Shown in pieces: positions 1 to 14,858 of a stretch of DNA of 64,000 bases; within the stretch, counting starts at the first letter, position 1, and the number at the start of each line of letters is the position of its first letter. The translations under genes and the position numbers were made by a program. The notes under the pieces were generated by a model. That model was given only the letters and a program-made list of their open reading frames with translations. It had not been told where the DNA came from and did no database searches. Source of the stretch: Kudoa neothunni (taxonomy: Eukaryota; Animalia; Cnidaria); NCBI GenBank assembly GCA_964304625.1, contig OZ199840.1, positions 3,671,631 to 3,735,630 on the forward strand, read 5' to 3'.

Positions 1-1682
1 AATATCTTTTTAAGCTTGTGCAGGTGAAAATCCGATCAATCGTATCAATAGCTCATTTAATTTTTTCATAATATTTGATGTTACCTGGCTTCTTTTTTTT
101 TCATCGTTAAATGTGTTTGTATAAGCTGTTGAATTGGCTAAAATTAACAAATCCTTATTATTTTAGGGACTTACGAGGCTAGAATTTTCTTTTCATTAAA
201 CAGAAAAAGTGTGCTAAATGACTCCTTCGTTTTATTTTTTTCATTATACGCCGAACATTCCTCTTATTTACTTTAAGTGTTGTAACCATGGTAAGAACCA
301 TTTTCAATAACTGAAAGTTCATTGCAACAATGATTATAATAATGAAAGTCAAACATATTGGCATTACACGTAACATTTCTGTAAAAATTGCCATCCAAAA
401 ATATGTTAAAAAATCCGTTATATTAAAGATTCTCTGAGTAGAAACATTCGTAAGGCCTTACTTAAAAAGTTTTCTTCTAATATTTTGGAGGTTTTTAAAG
501 CTTCTGCAGTCGAGATAAGGTTATTGCCATCATATTCAGATAAATTAATGACAGAATCAATGCAATCAAAGAATTAATGATTTCACTGAAGTCGGAATTA
601 TGTCCAGTGGAATATATTTCGTTAAAGGCCTCCATAAAGACAAATTTCCGTAGTAAGAATAAGCGAGATTCGTGTATATTTGTATAATCTCGCAGGCAAG
701 TATATCCCATTTTTCTCGTTATTTCGTCAATAGAATTTGCTAATATTCTCGACTCCATTTTATTATAATTTTAGACATAAAATGATAATTCAAAACTTAT
801 TCGGCAGCCATACAATATAATAAATTTCATAAGAATGGATAGAGTTTCAGAAAATTTAGATAATTGAGGTTCCTAAAATATCCCATCCGTCATGTGTCAT
901 GTAAGGGTTAAAAACGAATTATACTTAACTATTAAAATTAAGAAGACAATTTAGATTTCCACAGTAAATATTAGATAGGAATCACGGCAAAAAACCAGCG
1001 ACCTACAGAGTACAGAAGGGGCAGGAAATACGCCGCCCATTGCTAAAGTGTTTTCTCGATTACGGGACCTACCTCGAAAATAAGACCAAATGTTATTCTT
1101 GAGCCAGTTATTAATATGAGACCTAGCAGAATATCCCAAATCTCGATATTCTGAATTGTATAACAAAATATCTCCAACGTTGTAATTTTATCAGATAGTC
1201 AATAATAATAATAATAAAAATTTTTAAGGTAAAACACTCATTCGATACGTAGATTTGGATATCTAACAGTGATTTTATCTTCATTTCTAACGAGAAGACA
1301 AGCATACTCACAAAATTTCATTAAACATCGTATTTCCTTCGATAGAAATATTATTCTGTCTAATTAAAAACGTCTTTTCTGTTACATGAGCTAAATAATG
1401 CAAAGGGAGTTTGGCGTGTTAAAAATTAGACTTAATTCCCCGTATTAGTTATCAGATCAAAAAACATAAGCCCCTCTCATATTTGGAAATAAGTAACCGC
1501 ACTTAAAAGTTGACGGAAAAACAATCCCACATCCACACAACATGTACAAACATCGCTAATTTTGTAAGATTATGCTCGCTCAACGAATGTTAATTACACA
1601 GAAAAAAATTAACCGCACTGATAAAAAATAAAATATCAAACAGAATTAAGGCGCTATATAAGGGGTTAAACAGACTAAAAAA

Positions 1683-3672
<1,990 letters not shown>

Positions 3673-4014
3673 ATTCGATTATAATGACGATTATTGCGTG
3701 CGCATCCTGAGCATATTTTTACATATTTTGGAGCTGTGATTTGATTGAAGTTAGAATAGCTGATTGACTCATTTTCGTCATTTCCAAATTAATTAGAAAA
3801 TAAATTGAAAAATTTAATGTAACAAATTACAGTAATTATTATATTTCCTAAATATTTTATCATACGTTGCTAAGATACAATAAACAATTTTAATCCTCTG
3901 AGTACGTCAAGATATTATACAGTATAATTCATGGTTGAGTCGATCGTGAAGTGTTATTATAATTTTTGACCAATTTCCAATGCTTTTTTTATGAATATGT
4001 CAAAATTCAGATAA

Positions 4015-5205
4015 CCCCTTAGATGAATTTAAGTTTTCTCAAACAGAAAATCACATATACCTATATAATATTAAAATTCAACGAGAACACTTAGGTTTAG
4101 AATTTAGAATTAATAATTACTGTTAAGTAATAAGATTAAAATTTCGGTTTATAGATAAATGAAACCTTAAAATTGATATTGATCCAAATAATAGTGGTTA
4201 TATTAATTGGTTCTATCTTTATTATAAGTAAATTGGTAATTACAATATGAATACTCTTGTTTAGGAGTTGTTTATGGTCAATTTAAGTCATTACATTCGT
4301 ATTGTGATTTATTATATCCAGGTTAGGGGTTTTAAACATCACGATCAATTTTTTAGCTTGATTTAACTTGTTTGTTGAATTTTTTAATTTAATAAAATTA
4401 ATTTAACTTCAATATTTATAGTAAATTGTTTTTACGTATTAGAAACTTCTCATATGTGGTTTCGCCTTGAAGGTGATTTTGTACAAAACGTAAGATTGGG
4501 GTACCCAAAACAGCTTAAAATTTCGAATTATTTATTAAACTATAAATTTTCGTTGCTTGTATATTAGATTATTATCGAAATATATGTAATAACGAAATTT
4601 TTTGTAATGTTTTGGACTCAAATAACTCATCAGGAATAAATTCCTGAATACATTGCAACCTCGGAAGTCGACCATAATACCTTCTAGAAATGTGTTCGAA
4701 TTCCGAATAATTTTTTTCCGTGCGAAATAATAGAAACTAATTTAATCCGTTATCGCGCATCAAATAAATAACTATTTTTACTTATAAAAACTGTGCGTAT
4801 CTTGTATTTATAAAATGGAAAAAATATGTACTAACTATTGTAATGAAAATGAGATATAGGGTAAATATTTTTTAGTCGTCGTACGATAGATTATGGAGGG
4901 TTCTCTTTCGATGACGTTCCCACGAGTTGAATGGGAAAATCTCCTTCTAGAATTTCCTTTCTTCTCTGTTTTTGTTCCAAGTACCTTTTCTTTATGTGTT
5001 CGAGCTCGAAAATATTTCGAATTCAAAATTTTTGGTCGAACTCTGAAGTGGCACTCTTTGTATTTGAATGATATAACGAAATTTCAGCTATGTAATCTTC
5101 ATTTTAATAAGTAAGCTTTAAATTGTATATTTGGAAATCATTATTGTTTAAAATATATAAAGCAATTTCTAAGGTGCCAAAAACGATACGGTACATTTAA
5201 AGGGG
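4015..5205. mobile_element. Possible non-autonomous piggyBac-type element (MITE-like), degraded
   Basis: Left end ATAA|CCCCTTAGATGAA; right end TACATTTAAAGGGG|TTAA. The inverted ends are imperfect and there is no clear coding remnant. Confidence 0.3.
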
Positions 5206-5209
5206 TTAA

Positions 5210-6503
5210 AATGCAAGACTCGACAACCCGGGTGTGTGCCAGGCCGAAATATATATAAATCCTTTAGTTGTAATGGATTTTTCATAATACAAATAAAAAT
5301 CCTGTAATATCCCACCAATTCCACATCGAAAAAAAACTTTGATTCCCCATTTGGTGGGTTTATTTGATATATACTGTTTTACACTGCATTTACCCTTAAA
5401 AGGAATCATTTGTTCGTCGAGTGAATTTATGCTCTCTGGAATAATTTTTAAAAATGCCTGACTCAAATGCTCAATAAGGTCTAATTTTGACAAACCGGTA
5501 AAAAGTTTGGGACGGCCGATCGTTGGTTACATTGTGAATATTATCAAAATGTAAAAATTTGCGGCAACTACTCAAATCTATCTGTAGAAAGTAAACCCGA
5601 AATAGGGGAATACTTGAAATGTTTGGACCAATAGCATCGATAACAAGGTGTCCGTACGACCATCATTATAATTATGATTCCTAAATAAGTTTTAATTTCT
5701 AAACTGTTTGTCTTGAAATTCGGATTATTTTGTGTGACGCATCGGTTTGATTTGGTTACAATTAATTTGATCAAATCATCATCAGCTACAAATTGATTGA
5801 AATAATAGATGGGGTGAATTAAATGATCTAACTTTGAAAATTCATAGTTTATACCGCATAATTCCTCTGGCAAATTTTAAATGATATCTTGTTTCTTCCA
5901 TTTAAGGCCAATGTCAAAATCATCAAATGATGAACATTCTTTGGCATCTAAATAATCATTCATTAATGATGACGAAGAAAATGTTGTATCGTCTTCAGAA
6001 TATGTATCTGGTTCGTATATATCGACACACAGGTAGAACTATAATTTCCGAAGTTCTTTTTCCAATTTTATCCTCACCATTACAAATGTCGTAATCCATT
6101 GCAATTGACCAAAAATAGATCCACGAGTTCCTGTTGTTCAATTTACTGACAAGAATTAAAATCGTATTATTTCAGATAATGATAAGTTTCTTAAAATTTT
6201 AACAAGCAAATATAGTTAACAACAATATATTTTAATTGCAAAAATTTTAGTTTCAGAGAATAATTTAATTCGGTTTACAAATTAATACATTACTTCAAGG
6301 ACGAACGAGGTATCGAGAATTGAACATTGTTAATGCAATTAAATACACATAAAGTTCCTTAAAAAATATAATATTAACTATTTTTAAACATCAGTTTGAG
6401 TTGAAGTTATACGTCTGTAGCGAATGTGAAGCAATAGTTAAATGTTTATTTTAGACAAAGAAGAAGTTAATGTTCAGCATACCGCACAATAGCCATGAAA
6501 GGG
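5210..6503 (-). mobile_element. Truncated piggyBac (PGBD-like) transposon remnant
   Basis: Broken ORFs contain SLDEQMIPFKGKCSVKQYISNKPTKWGIKVF (first catalytic Asp region) and EIKTYLGIIIIM...LSTDRFE. The 5' terminus is TTAA-CCCTTTCATGGC on the minus strand at 6503-6507. Confidence 0.85.
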
Positions 6504-7190
6504 TTAATAAAAATATGGTCCGCATTGGAATTTGGGTATGTCTGTTTGGGCCGTCACTCAAAAAGGTTGCCCACCCCAGCCTTAGAGGGTTAACTCCGTT
6601 ACATTTTTTTAGCATGTTTATGTGATGAAAAAGTCGATTATAAGAAAAAGGATAATTATAAAAGTACTTCCCAATAAATATAATATTTTTAATTTATCAT
6701 CGACTACATTGCGGCCGGCCGGATAAAGAAACTTTCCGAGTCAAATTTGGCTCGCCGACCCCGTATCAAAACCAAAACTTGTAAGTGACTATTGGCACGA
6801 CAAATAATGAAATATAGTAGATTCTTAAATATTAAACCTGTAAAAAGTTTGTAAGTAAAAGTTAGTGGGATTAAATATTACAGTACGAATTTTATATCCA
6901 AGCCTGCGAATGATAAATTATACATTAGTAGTATCTAATCTAAAAACTTGACCGAGTTTTACAAAAAATTAATCAGCTGTAGTTAATAGCCCATTTTCTC
7001 TTTATTATACTCGTGGTCGATGTTAGTCTTAAAGTATGCAACCATTTATCCAAGTATTTTTTTATAAATAAATTAACCTCAAATAATTAAAGTGTTAAAC
7101 AAATCAATAAATAAAATAAACCGCATACTTATAAGCGGATTATAATTGGCGCACTTATCCTAACCGCGCAGCTACTAATCCGTCATCACC

Positions 7191-10100
7191 ATGGAGAAGG
7201 AGAGCATTCCAGTATTTTTTTAATTTCCAATCCACAAGAACCGTATGTGGGACATTAAAATATATTATTGCGTTGTTATAGGGTAGAGCAACTGTTTCAA
7301 ATACAACAAGACGAATTTCTGCTCGTTTGTCACTTTCGAAAACCCAATCCAATAATAATAATAATAAGCCTATCACAACTGTATTGTCTTTGAGCGAACC
7401 GAGATTTTCATTATTGTTTTATCAGAATAATACCACAAATAAAGCTACAATATCTAACAACGCTAGAACAACCACGACCTCCCGTTTCAATAGACCGGCA
7501 CCAATGGCGAGAACTACCGCTACAACTGCTAGAAGAACCAATGCTACAACAACAGCTGCACCTAGATCTACATTAGGTAGACCTAGAGCAACAACAATAA
7601 CAAAAACTACAACCAGGCCTTTATCTACTGCTTCAACTACAGCCGCAACTAAAAGACCCTCGTCTAGTAGTTGTTTGGATTTTGGCGCCTTTTTTTATAA
7701 ATCACATATGTTTATAGCAACTACATTTGGATCAAGAAATGCATCTGCAGCTTCGCAAGTTGGCAAACGTACTATAGGATCTAATTCAAGGGTTACATCA
7801 GCACCTGGTCAGCGAGCTGCTTGGGATATTCGTGGTAAATACGCTGATCTTCAGAAACAATACGAAGATATGCAAAAAGATGTAATTATGTTTTTTCTAT
7901 TTTTAAGCAATTTGGTTAATGATTAATAGCATGAAAATCAGCTGAGTGAGCTCAAAAAGGAGAAAGAGCTTATAGAAGAGCAATCGTTTATCTCACAATC
8001 AAAAGCCAATCAACTTGAAATTGATCTAACCAATGCACACTCAATGATATCTACGCTGAAAGATGAGATAGATAATTTCCCGCAGAAATTGGCCGAAAAA
8101 GAACAGAACATTAATGAACTGCTGGAGAAAATATCCAACCAACAAGTAATTATCTCCAATCTAACTAATATCGTTGAACAGTTGACCTCTTCACGTGACG
8201 ACCTCGAAGCTAAATATAACCACTTGAAACATGATCATGCTAATGCGACAACCAATTACCAACTATTGGAGGTGATTTAAATAATGTGCGCAATTTTTTC
8301 ATGATTAAAAAATCAAGTTTTAAAAGTTTAACCCTTGCTTCAAAGTATATTTATAATTTTTATTCTAATGCAGAAAAGCTGCTCTATATATTTCAACTAT
8401 CTAAACGCCATTATTTATATGGTGGGCGCGGAGGATATGTTAAGGTATGTGTGTAACTTTTTTTCTTTATTTTATTTTAAGCGAAAATATTAAACGTAAT
8501 ACTCAATTATGTAAGTACTTTTAAAAACACCATTACACTATAAAGTACACATAGGAAAAAAGGAAATAAAATATTTTTTCAAAGTTATTGATATTATATG
8601 CGCTGAATAGCAAAAGTAACCACCTCCAGGTATTCGAGGGTTCAATATGAAAAGATAATTTTAACGAACGTTTTCGATTTTGAAACAATAAGTGTGAAAG
8701 ATATTAACTGTAGCTTTTATTTCATGTAATTTTTTGTTTTCTTTTTAAGTTTTTAATTATTAAAAATTTAATCTCTGGTCTGCGACTCCCTCTATATTTA
8801 TAAATCCCAAAAATAAACTTTATAAGTGATTTGTACAGTTTTTAGAGGGTTGATTAAAAATGGAAAATACGTTGGCGTGTAAAACGTTTCAGATTAGTGT
8901 TTATTCTTGAAATAATCATTTTTGTAAATTACTATGAATGCCAGTAATTATGGATTCAGTACTTAACAATATTTCGTCCTAATCTCTACCTCATCTAATA
9001 TGAAACCGGCTGTATTGTTTGAAGTTTTTATTTTTATATGCCTTTATTATATTTATATTAATAATTTTATTTTATTTAGTTATCAATAAAATTAACAAGT
9101 TTAAGGTTTTTAAACGAACTCTCATATTAATCTACTACAACACAAGAATACTCATATTGTATATTGGCGTTATAGACTAGTTTGATTTAAATATACGTTT
9201 AATCGCCTCCCTTAAATTAGGCAGGGGTTCTCAGCTGGAGGTAAATTTTAAATGACAGAGCGTAAATTAAGTGACATCAAAATTTGATAGGGGCAATTTT
9301 TGTGAAATGAAGTTTGTGATGTACATGAGGATTTCTAAGGAATTATATTATTCTGGGCTATTAAACTCAATGCGAGATTGTCAGAAATGGTTCAAATGTT
9401 TTTAGGAATAAATATTTAGCAACTATTTATGATACTATAATCGGTCTCTTTCTTATGACTAATTTATTTTTTAGTAATGTAGCCTAATAATAATAATAAT
9501 AATTAAAGTGACTATTTCCACGGTAAATAATATTTTAATGATATGTAAATGATAGTAGTTTTGACTATTTTTAATTATTTCTGGCCTCTAAGAGGGCAGG
9601 ATTGAGATAGAAATAATTTAATTTAACAAAATCTAAAAAATTAAATCTGTAGAGGGCTTGTGAGTAAGAGTTGATGGTGGAAAATTGTCATTATGCGAAC
9701 GCACATGTCTTTAGGATCAGAATTTACCCCTCAAAAACCTCTGCCATAGATAAACCATAATAAAACCTTAAAGTAAATATGAATATGGCTATCAAATTGA
9801 GGGGGTAAATTTGAAATATCGGTTGAGAACCCCTGCCTGAAATGAGATACAAGAGAATGACAAACATTTTTTTAAATTTTCTTGAGTGCGCCAAAGCGAG
9901 GGTTAACTGATAATTTTAATAAGAGATGTTTAATTTTGTAAATGCGGCTGAAAAAAATAATATCTTCCACCTTAGGATAAACTAAACTGCAAAGATGAAC
10001 AATTGAAACAGGCCGCTCTTCGAATCGAATCTTTGGAAGGCGAGTTAGTCGAGAGCACAAAACAACTTGGCAAACAAGATATGCAACGCCGCATTCTTCA

Positions 10101-11074
10101 TCACAGAATTATGGAACTGAAAGGAACAGTTCGTGTCGCTTGTAGGGTACGGCCTGTGTTGTCGGGCGAACAGGACTCCACAGTCTACTCTATCGAATAC
10201 AACAGCAGCGATTCCTCTATGCGAATCGTTTCCACTCAGTCGAGAGATGTAATCAACTGATGATTGGCTGATTTAGTTTGAATTGAAATATGAATGTTGA
10301 TAGAATGTGAGCGGTGAAAAAGTTGATTCCGTTCCATATTGGTTCAAATTTGACAATTTCTTTGGTGCTCATGCTTCCCAGAAGAATGTTTTTGATGAGA
10401 TTGAACCCCTTATTCAAAGTGCTCTCGATGGCTACAACGTGTGCATTTTCGCTTACGGCCAAACCGGCAGCGGCAAAACTTTCACCATGGAAGGTGACAC
10501 TGTACACTCCGACAAACATGGTATGATCCCTAGGTCGGTCAACAAAATCTTCGAATCAATGCCTCACATGAGAAGAAACGGATGGTCGTATAGTGTCTAT
10601 GTGTCATTTATCGAGATCTACAATGAGAATCTTCGAGATTTGTTGGGATCGATGGATGAAAAGACCGGCGCTCCAAAAAGCGAACTCAAAATATACCAAC
10701 CTTCTTCTATTGGTGGCCCCAACACCAACAACACCATTGTCACCGGCACATTTAACAAAGGTAACCATAATGATGGTTATCCTGTTTTTAATTAATAATT
10801 TCTTAAGTCAATGATATTGAGATTACCAATTTGAAAGTTGTTCAAGTGCACAATCCACAAGAAGTACACTCAATAGAATACTATTTCAATTGACTTCAAT
10901 CCGCTAATCATATCAATAATAGGTGCATGAATTACTTGGAATTGCTCACAAAAATCGTACTGTAGGAGCCACCAAATGTAATATTAACTCCTCAAGAAGT
11001 CATAGTGTATTTCAGCTGAAGCTTGTTGGGGACAATCATCTTTTGAAGGAAACATCTGTTGGTAATTGTTTGCT

Positions 11075-11120
<46 letters not shown>

Positions 11121-11822
11121 AACGCATTTTTCGCGGTCAAATTTAAAATATATTCTTCTTTATAGTTGGTATAGAATTTTATTTGTCAGAATCTAACTCA
11201 TATATTTATGAGTTGTTTTTGAATTATTGTTGCCACCATTATATATCAATAAGTAATGGGAAAACTCATACCTGGGATTTATTCGAGAAGGGGTCATTAG
11301 AGATTTCGATAAAATTTGATTAAACTGAGCTGAATTAACCCGTTTCCATGCTTATGATTGTTTAATATCGCCAAAATGATTGTATGCGTTATCGTAATTC
11401 ACTTCCATTTTAGGGAAAATAAATCTGGTTGATTTGGCAGGGTCTGAAAGACTAAAAGAATCCCAAGCAGAAGGAATTAGACTAACTGAAACACGCCATA
11501 TTAACAAAAGTCTGTCCACTTTACGCAAGGTCATGCAGTCGCTTTCCGATAAAGACTCGCATGTTCCATTTCGTGACAGTAAACTCACCCATCTTCTCCA
11601 GACATCGTTAGGAGGAAACAGTAAGAGGTAATTATTCAAACGCACATGAGCGTTGGCCAATTTAACGTTGTTGATTTTTATATTTTAAGTCTCATGTTTG
11701 TAAACATTTCGCCATTAGAAGAACATTTTAATGAATCTGTCAACTCGTTGCGATTTGCTGCCAAAGTAAATGAGGTGCAAATTGGAGTCGCGACTCAAAA
11801 CAAAAAGAAACTTGCATACTAA
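7191..11822 (+). CDS. KIFC1: Kinesin-14 C-terminal motor (KIFC1/HSET/Ncd/Kar3-like), about 11 exons
   Basis: Basic T/R-rich N-terminal tail, coiled coil, neck [15 protein letters not shown]-loop [10 protein letters not shown], switch I NINSSRSH, switch II DLAGSE and [17 protein letters not shown] in CACCATGG context at 7191; TAA at 11820-11822. Confidence 0.92.
8335..8640 (-). mobile_element. Partial copy of the piggyBac-type MITE family seen intact at 40407-41336, inside a kinesin intron
   Basis: The reverse complement aligns by eye to about 40407-40715, including the terminus CCCTCGAATACCTGGAGG. Confidence 0.7.
9222..9835. mobile_element. hAT-like MITE in a kinesin intron
   Basis: Perfect 12-bp terminal inverted repeat CAGGGGTTCTCA...TGAGAACCCCTG and repeated subterminal GGGGTAAATT/AATTTACCCC motifs. 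No 8-bp target-site duplication is evident. Confidence 0.7.
11081..11117. repeat. (TA)n microsatellite in a kinesin intron
   Basis: Uninterrupted TA run. Confidence 0.95.
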
Positions 11823-12469
11823 TCGCCATCTTCTATTTTATAATTGATTAGATTGCTTGAGCACCTTATGTTTATGAACTACTGTTGTTTTAATTCTATC
11901 CCTGAATATTTTTTTATATTAGCCATGGAAAGCTGTCCTTGTTATTATTTTATAGATTTGTATGTCTTTAAGATATTGAATCATGTTTTAGTGATTCATT
12001 GGTTGTGGTAGCGCGATGTATTTTATCCACCACCTTTACTTTAATACTAATAAAATATTTACATATACGTTAAATTAACTACACGTATAGATAATAAGCT
12101 AAAATACAGATATTATTAAAAACTTTAAACGGTGTTCAATATATATGATTGAAGTAAGTTTGAATACGTATATTTTTCCGCTTTACTACACACAATAAGC
12201 AATGAGCATTCTATACGTTCTGAGGGGAAATTGAAAAAGGTGCGCAACAAATATTAATTGTTAATTATACAAAAACTAAGATTTATTTTCATGTTATTTG
12301 ATTTAAATATACTTCTAATACATTATTCAATATTTATAAAGAAAATGAACCAGATTGGATCTCAAATCCCACAGTTATTATGCAAAACTTATCGTACAAA
12401 GTGTGTAATATTCGGATGTGCACTAAACATAGTTGACTTTTTTTTGTTTAAAAGGTCAAACCCCTGGTG

Positions 12470-12878
12470 CAACTTGTTAGGTTGGTTAGACCTTCCCCAT
12501 TTACGCTTTAGGCACCGCAGCGTCATATTAAGGCGACTTACATTTATGCGGTAGTGTGGGATTTTAACCCATAAAACATCCTCGTTTCGGAGCAACCATG
12601 CCCTGGATAACCCAGAATTAGTCCGGGAGAGTCGTCTGAATGCGGGCGTCAGTTCTACGGAAAATCCCTACTGGGTTGTATTTCGTCTGAGTTCTACCGT
12701 TTCGCCAGGCTCCCCTCCCAGCTGCAAGCAAGGCCACGACAAATCGTAAACCTTCGCGGTTACTACAGCCTTCCTACTTAATTTCGGAATGGGAATACAG
12801 TAAAACCCCGACTAGGCTTCGAACTCGCAACCTCATGATATGCTATCTCGACCTAACACCACTATGCCATATTGTCCA
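12470..12878 (-). mobile_element. Putative tRNA-derived SINE
   Basis: About 400-bp GC-richer island. Its minus-strand head has an A-box TGGCATAGTGG (12859-12869) and a B-box GAGTTCGAAGC (12816-12826). The 3' boundary is approximate. Confidence 0.55.
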
Positions 12879-13623
12879 GGCCTTTACTATACGTAGTTGA
12901 TGGTATGTAACTCATTCGTCTTCTAAGCGCGCATAAGCTATATTTGGTTATAAGGCGCTTATTTACAAAAGTTTTAATATTTTTGAATATTTAGCCAATT
13001 CTTTAAATTAATTCGGCGCCATCGTTAGCTCAAAGGATGTTTAGAAAATAATGCTTTAATTGGTTTAAAGTTTTTTAAATTGATTATACGATATCACTCA
13101 AAAAATCGAAATCGCTCATTTTCAGATGATAGTTAATTTAAGTTAACATTTATTAATAGAAAATACAATCAATTATTTATAAGAAAACGCTATCTTTGTG
13201 TACACAGTGTAGGCGTACACAAATACACCCCCTTTCAAAAGCAAGTGATTGAAATATTTGGTTTGATACATACATTTCAAAAGTCTTATTATTAATTAAT
13301 CATTTTAAATACAATAAAATGTCGATATTTGTTTAGGTAATGATGAATCGGTAATTTATATCATTCAGGTTGATTTAGCTCTTGTAATACATGGACTGTG
13401 CCCTCAGATTTCATTGAAATCACTCGCAATGGAGATTGTAGCGCCTAATTTTAATAACGCTGTTTTATTTGAAATTCGTCAAAATATTTAAAATTAACTT
13501 ATTTAGATTGATATTTAGAAACCTGGTATATTTTTGTAATAACGAGCGTATTATAGTTCATAATAGAAAATGATAACTAATTTGAGCGATAAAAATTAAT
13601 TTTCGTAAGTTACTTTTTAGCAA

Positions 13624-14858
13624 CAGTAAGGTCTCGATATTGCGCACTAAATTCGGACTTGAGTTTTCACTGCTCAATAGCTAAGTTTCGTACGTGCGCA
13701 ACCGGGGTACATTTTTTATTTTGTAACACATAAATGATAAGACCTTGTTTTTGTTATTAAATTAAATATGTTAAAGGCGTCTATCTAATAATGTACGAAC
13801 TTTTCACCTTTCGCCAACTTTTGATCTAAAGTTTTTAACATATCACGAAGATAGTTGATAACATCCATCCCATCCATTTTTTTGATCGTTAATATGTATT
13901 GAAAGAAAATTCATAAATTTCTTTAAAACAGGCAGTCTATTTAAATTTACCAATGAGATTATGTGGAAATTTTATCTCTATAATTTATGCACTATAATTT
14001 TATTACAGGTTTTTTGATTGTTCCATTTTTTTCTATTAATTCAACTCTTTCTTTATATCATATGTTCCTTAAGTGCATTGATCATAGGAAAGAGCGGTCT
14101 CATCGAGATTTAATATATTTTCTATTTCGTATCCACGTTTTACCCAATAAAATTTGATTACCCCATCATTAACAATATTATCATAAACTCTCCATCTTCT
14201 CTGCGAAGAGTGAATTTTTAAACAACAGAAAATCTTAAAATATTTAAGGAAACCTTCTGTTTCATTTAAATCAGTGATTCAATATCATCAACAAAAAGTT
14301 TTGCCCTCTCGGTGATAAAAACTCTAGAATATTTGTCTTTTTTGGTGTTCTGATACAATCACGTCATATAATGCAATTTGAAGTTGGGTGTGGTTTTTAT
14401 TTATAATCCCTTTACTGAAAGAAACAACATTGGAGTCAATTATATCAGATTTATTAGATAAAATTCTATTCAGAGAAGAATAACTAATTTTAATTTGATT
14501 AAAACTCGCAATAACAGAATTCATGATATTCATTCTACAGTGCTATAGAGTAATTTGTTGGCAGTTTAGGTTGAGGTAATTGAATCATAATATTGGGTAG
14601 TTCCAATTTTATACCAAAATTTCTTTCTTCTTTCATAATACCGAACGTTCCAATGTGTAATTTAGTGGATTAATCGAATTAAAATTTGAGGACCCTGAAT
14701 TTTTAAAAAAATGCGCTTTTAAATTTTATTTCATATTTTTGGGTATAACTCTAGAGTAGAAGACTATATACATCGAAAAGGTTACAATCTTAGTTACAGA
14801 AATTTGAGAAAAATGTCGACTACCCTATGTCGAACCTTGAAATATCGAGACCTTACTG
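13624..14858 (-). mobile_element. pogo/Tigger-like (Tc1/mariner superfamily) degraded transposon
   Basis: Terminal repeat CAGTAAGGTCTCGATATT at both ends, with TA after the right end. Remnants include a CENP-B-type HTH region (ISYSSLNRILSNK...QLQIALY) and ILNLDETAL (first DDE Asp). Confidence 0.8.

Noticed and set aside
12800-12878. Functional tRNA gene
   Set aside because: A and B boxes are present, but I could not fold a convincing cloverleaf, and the sequence continues into a long body. I treated it as a SINE head.
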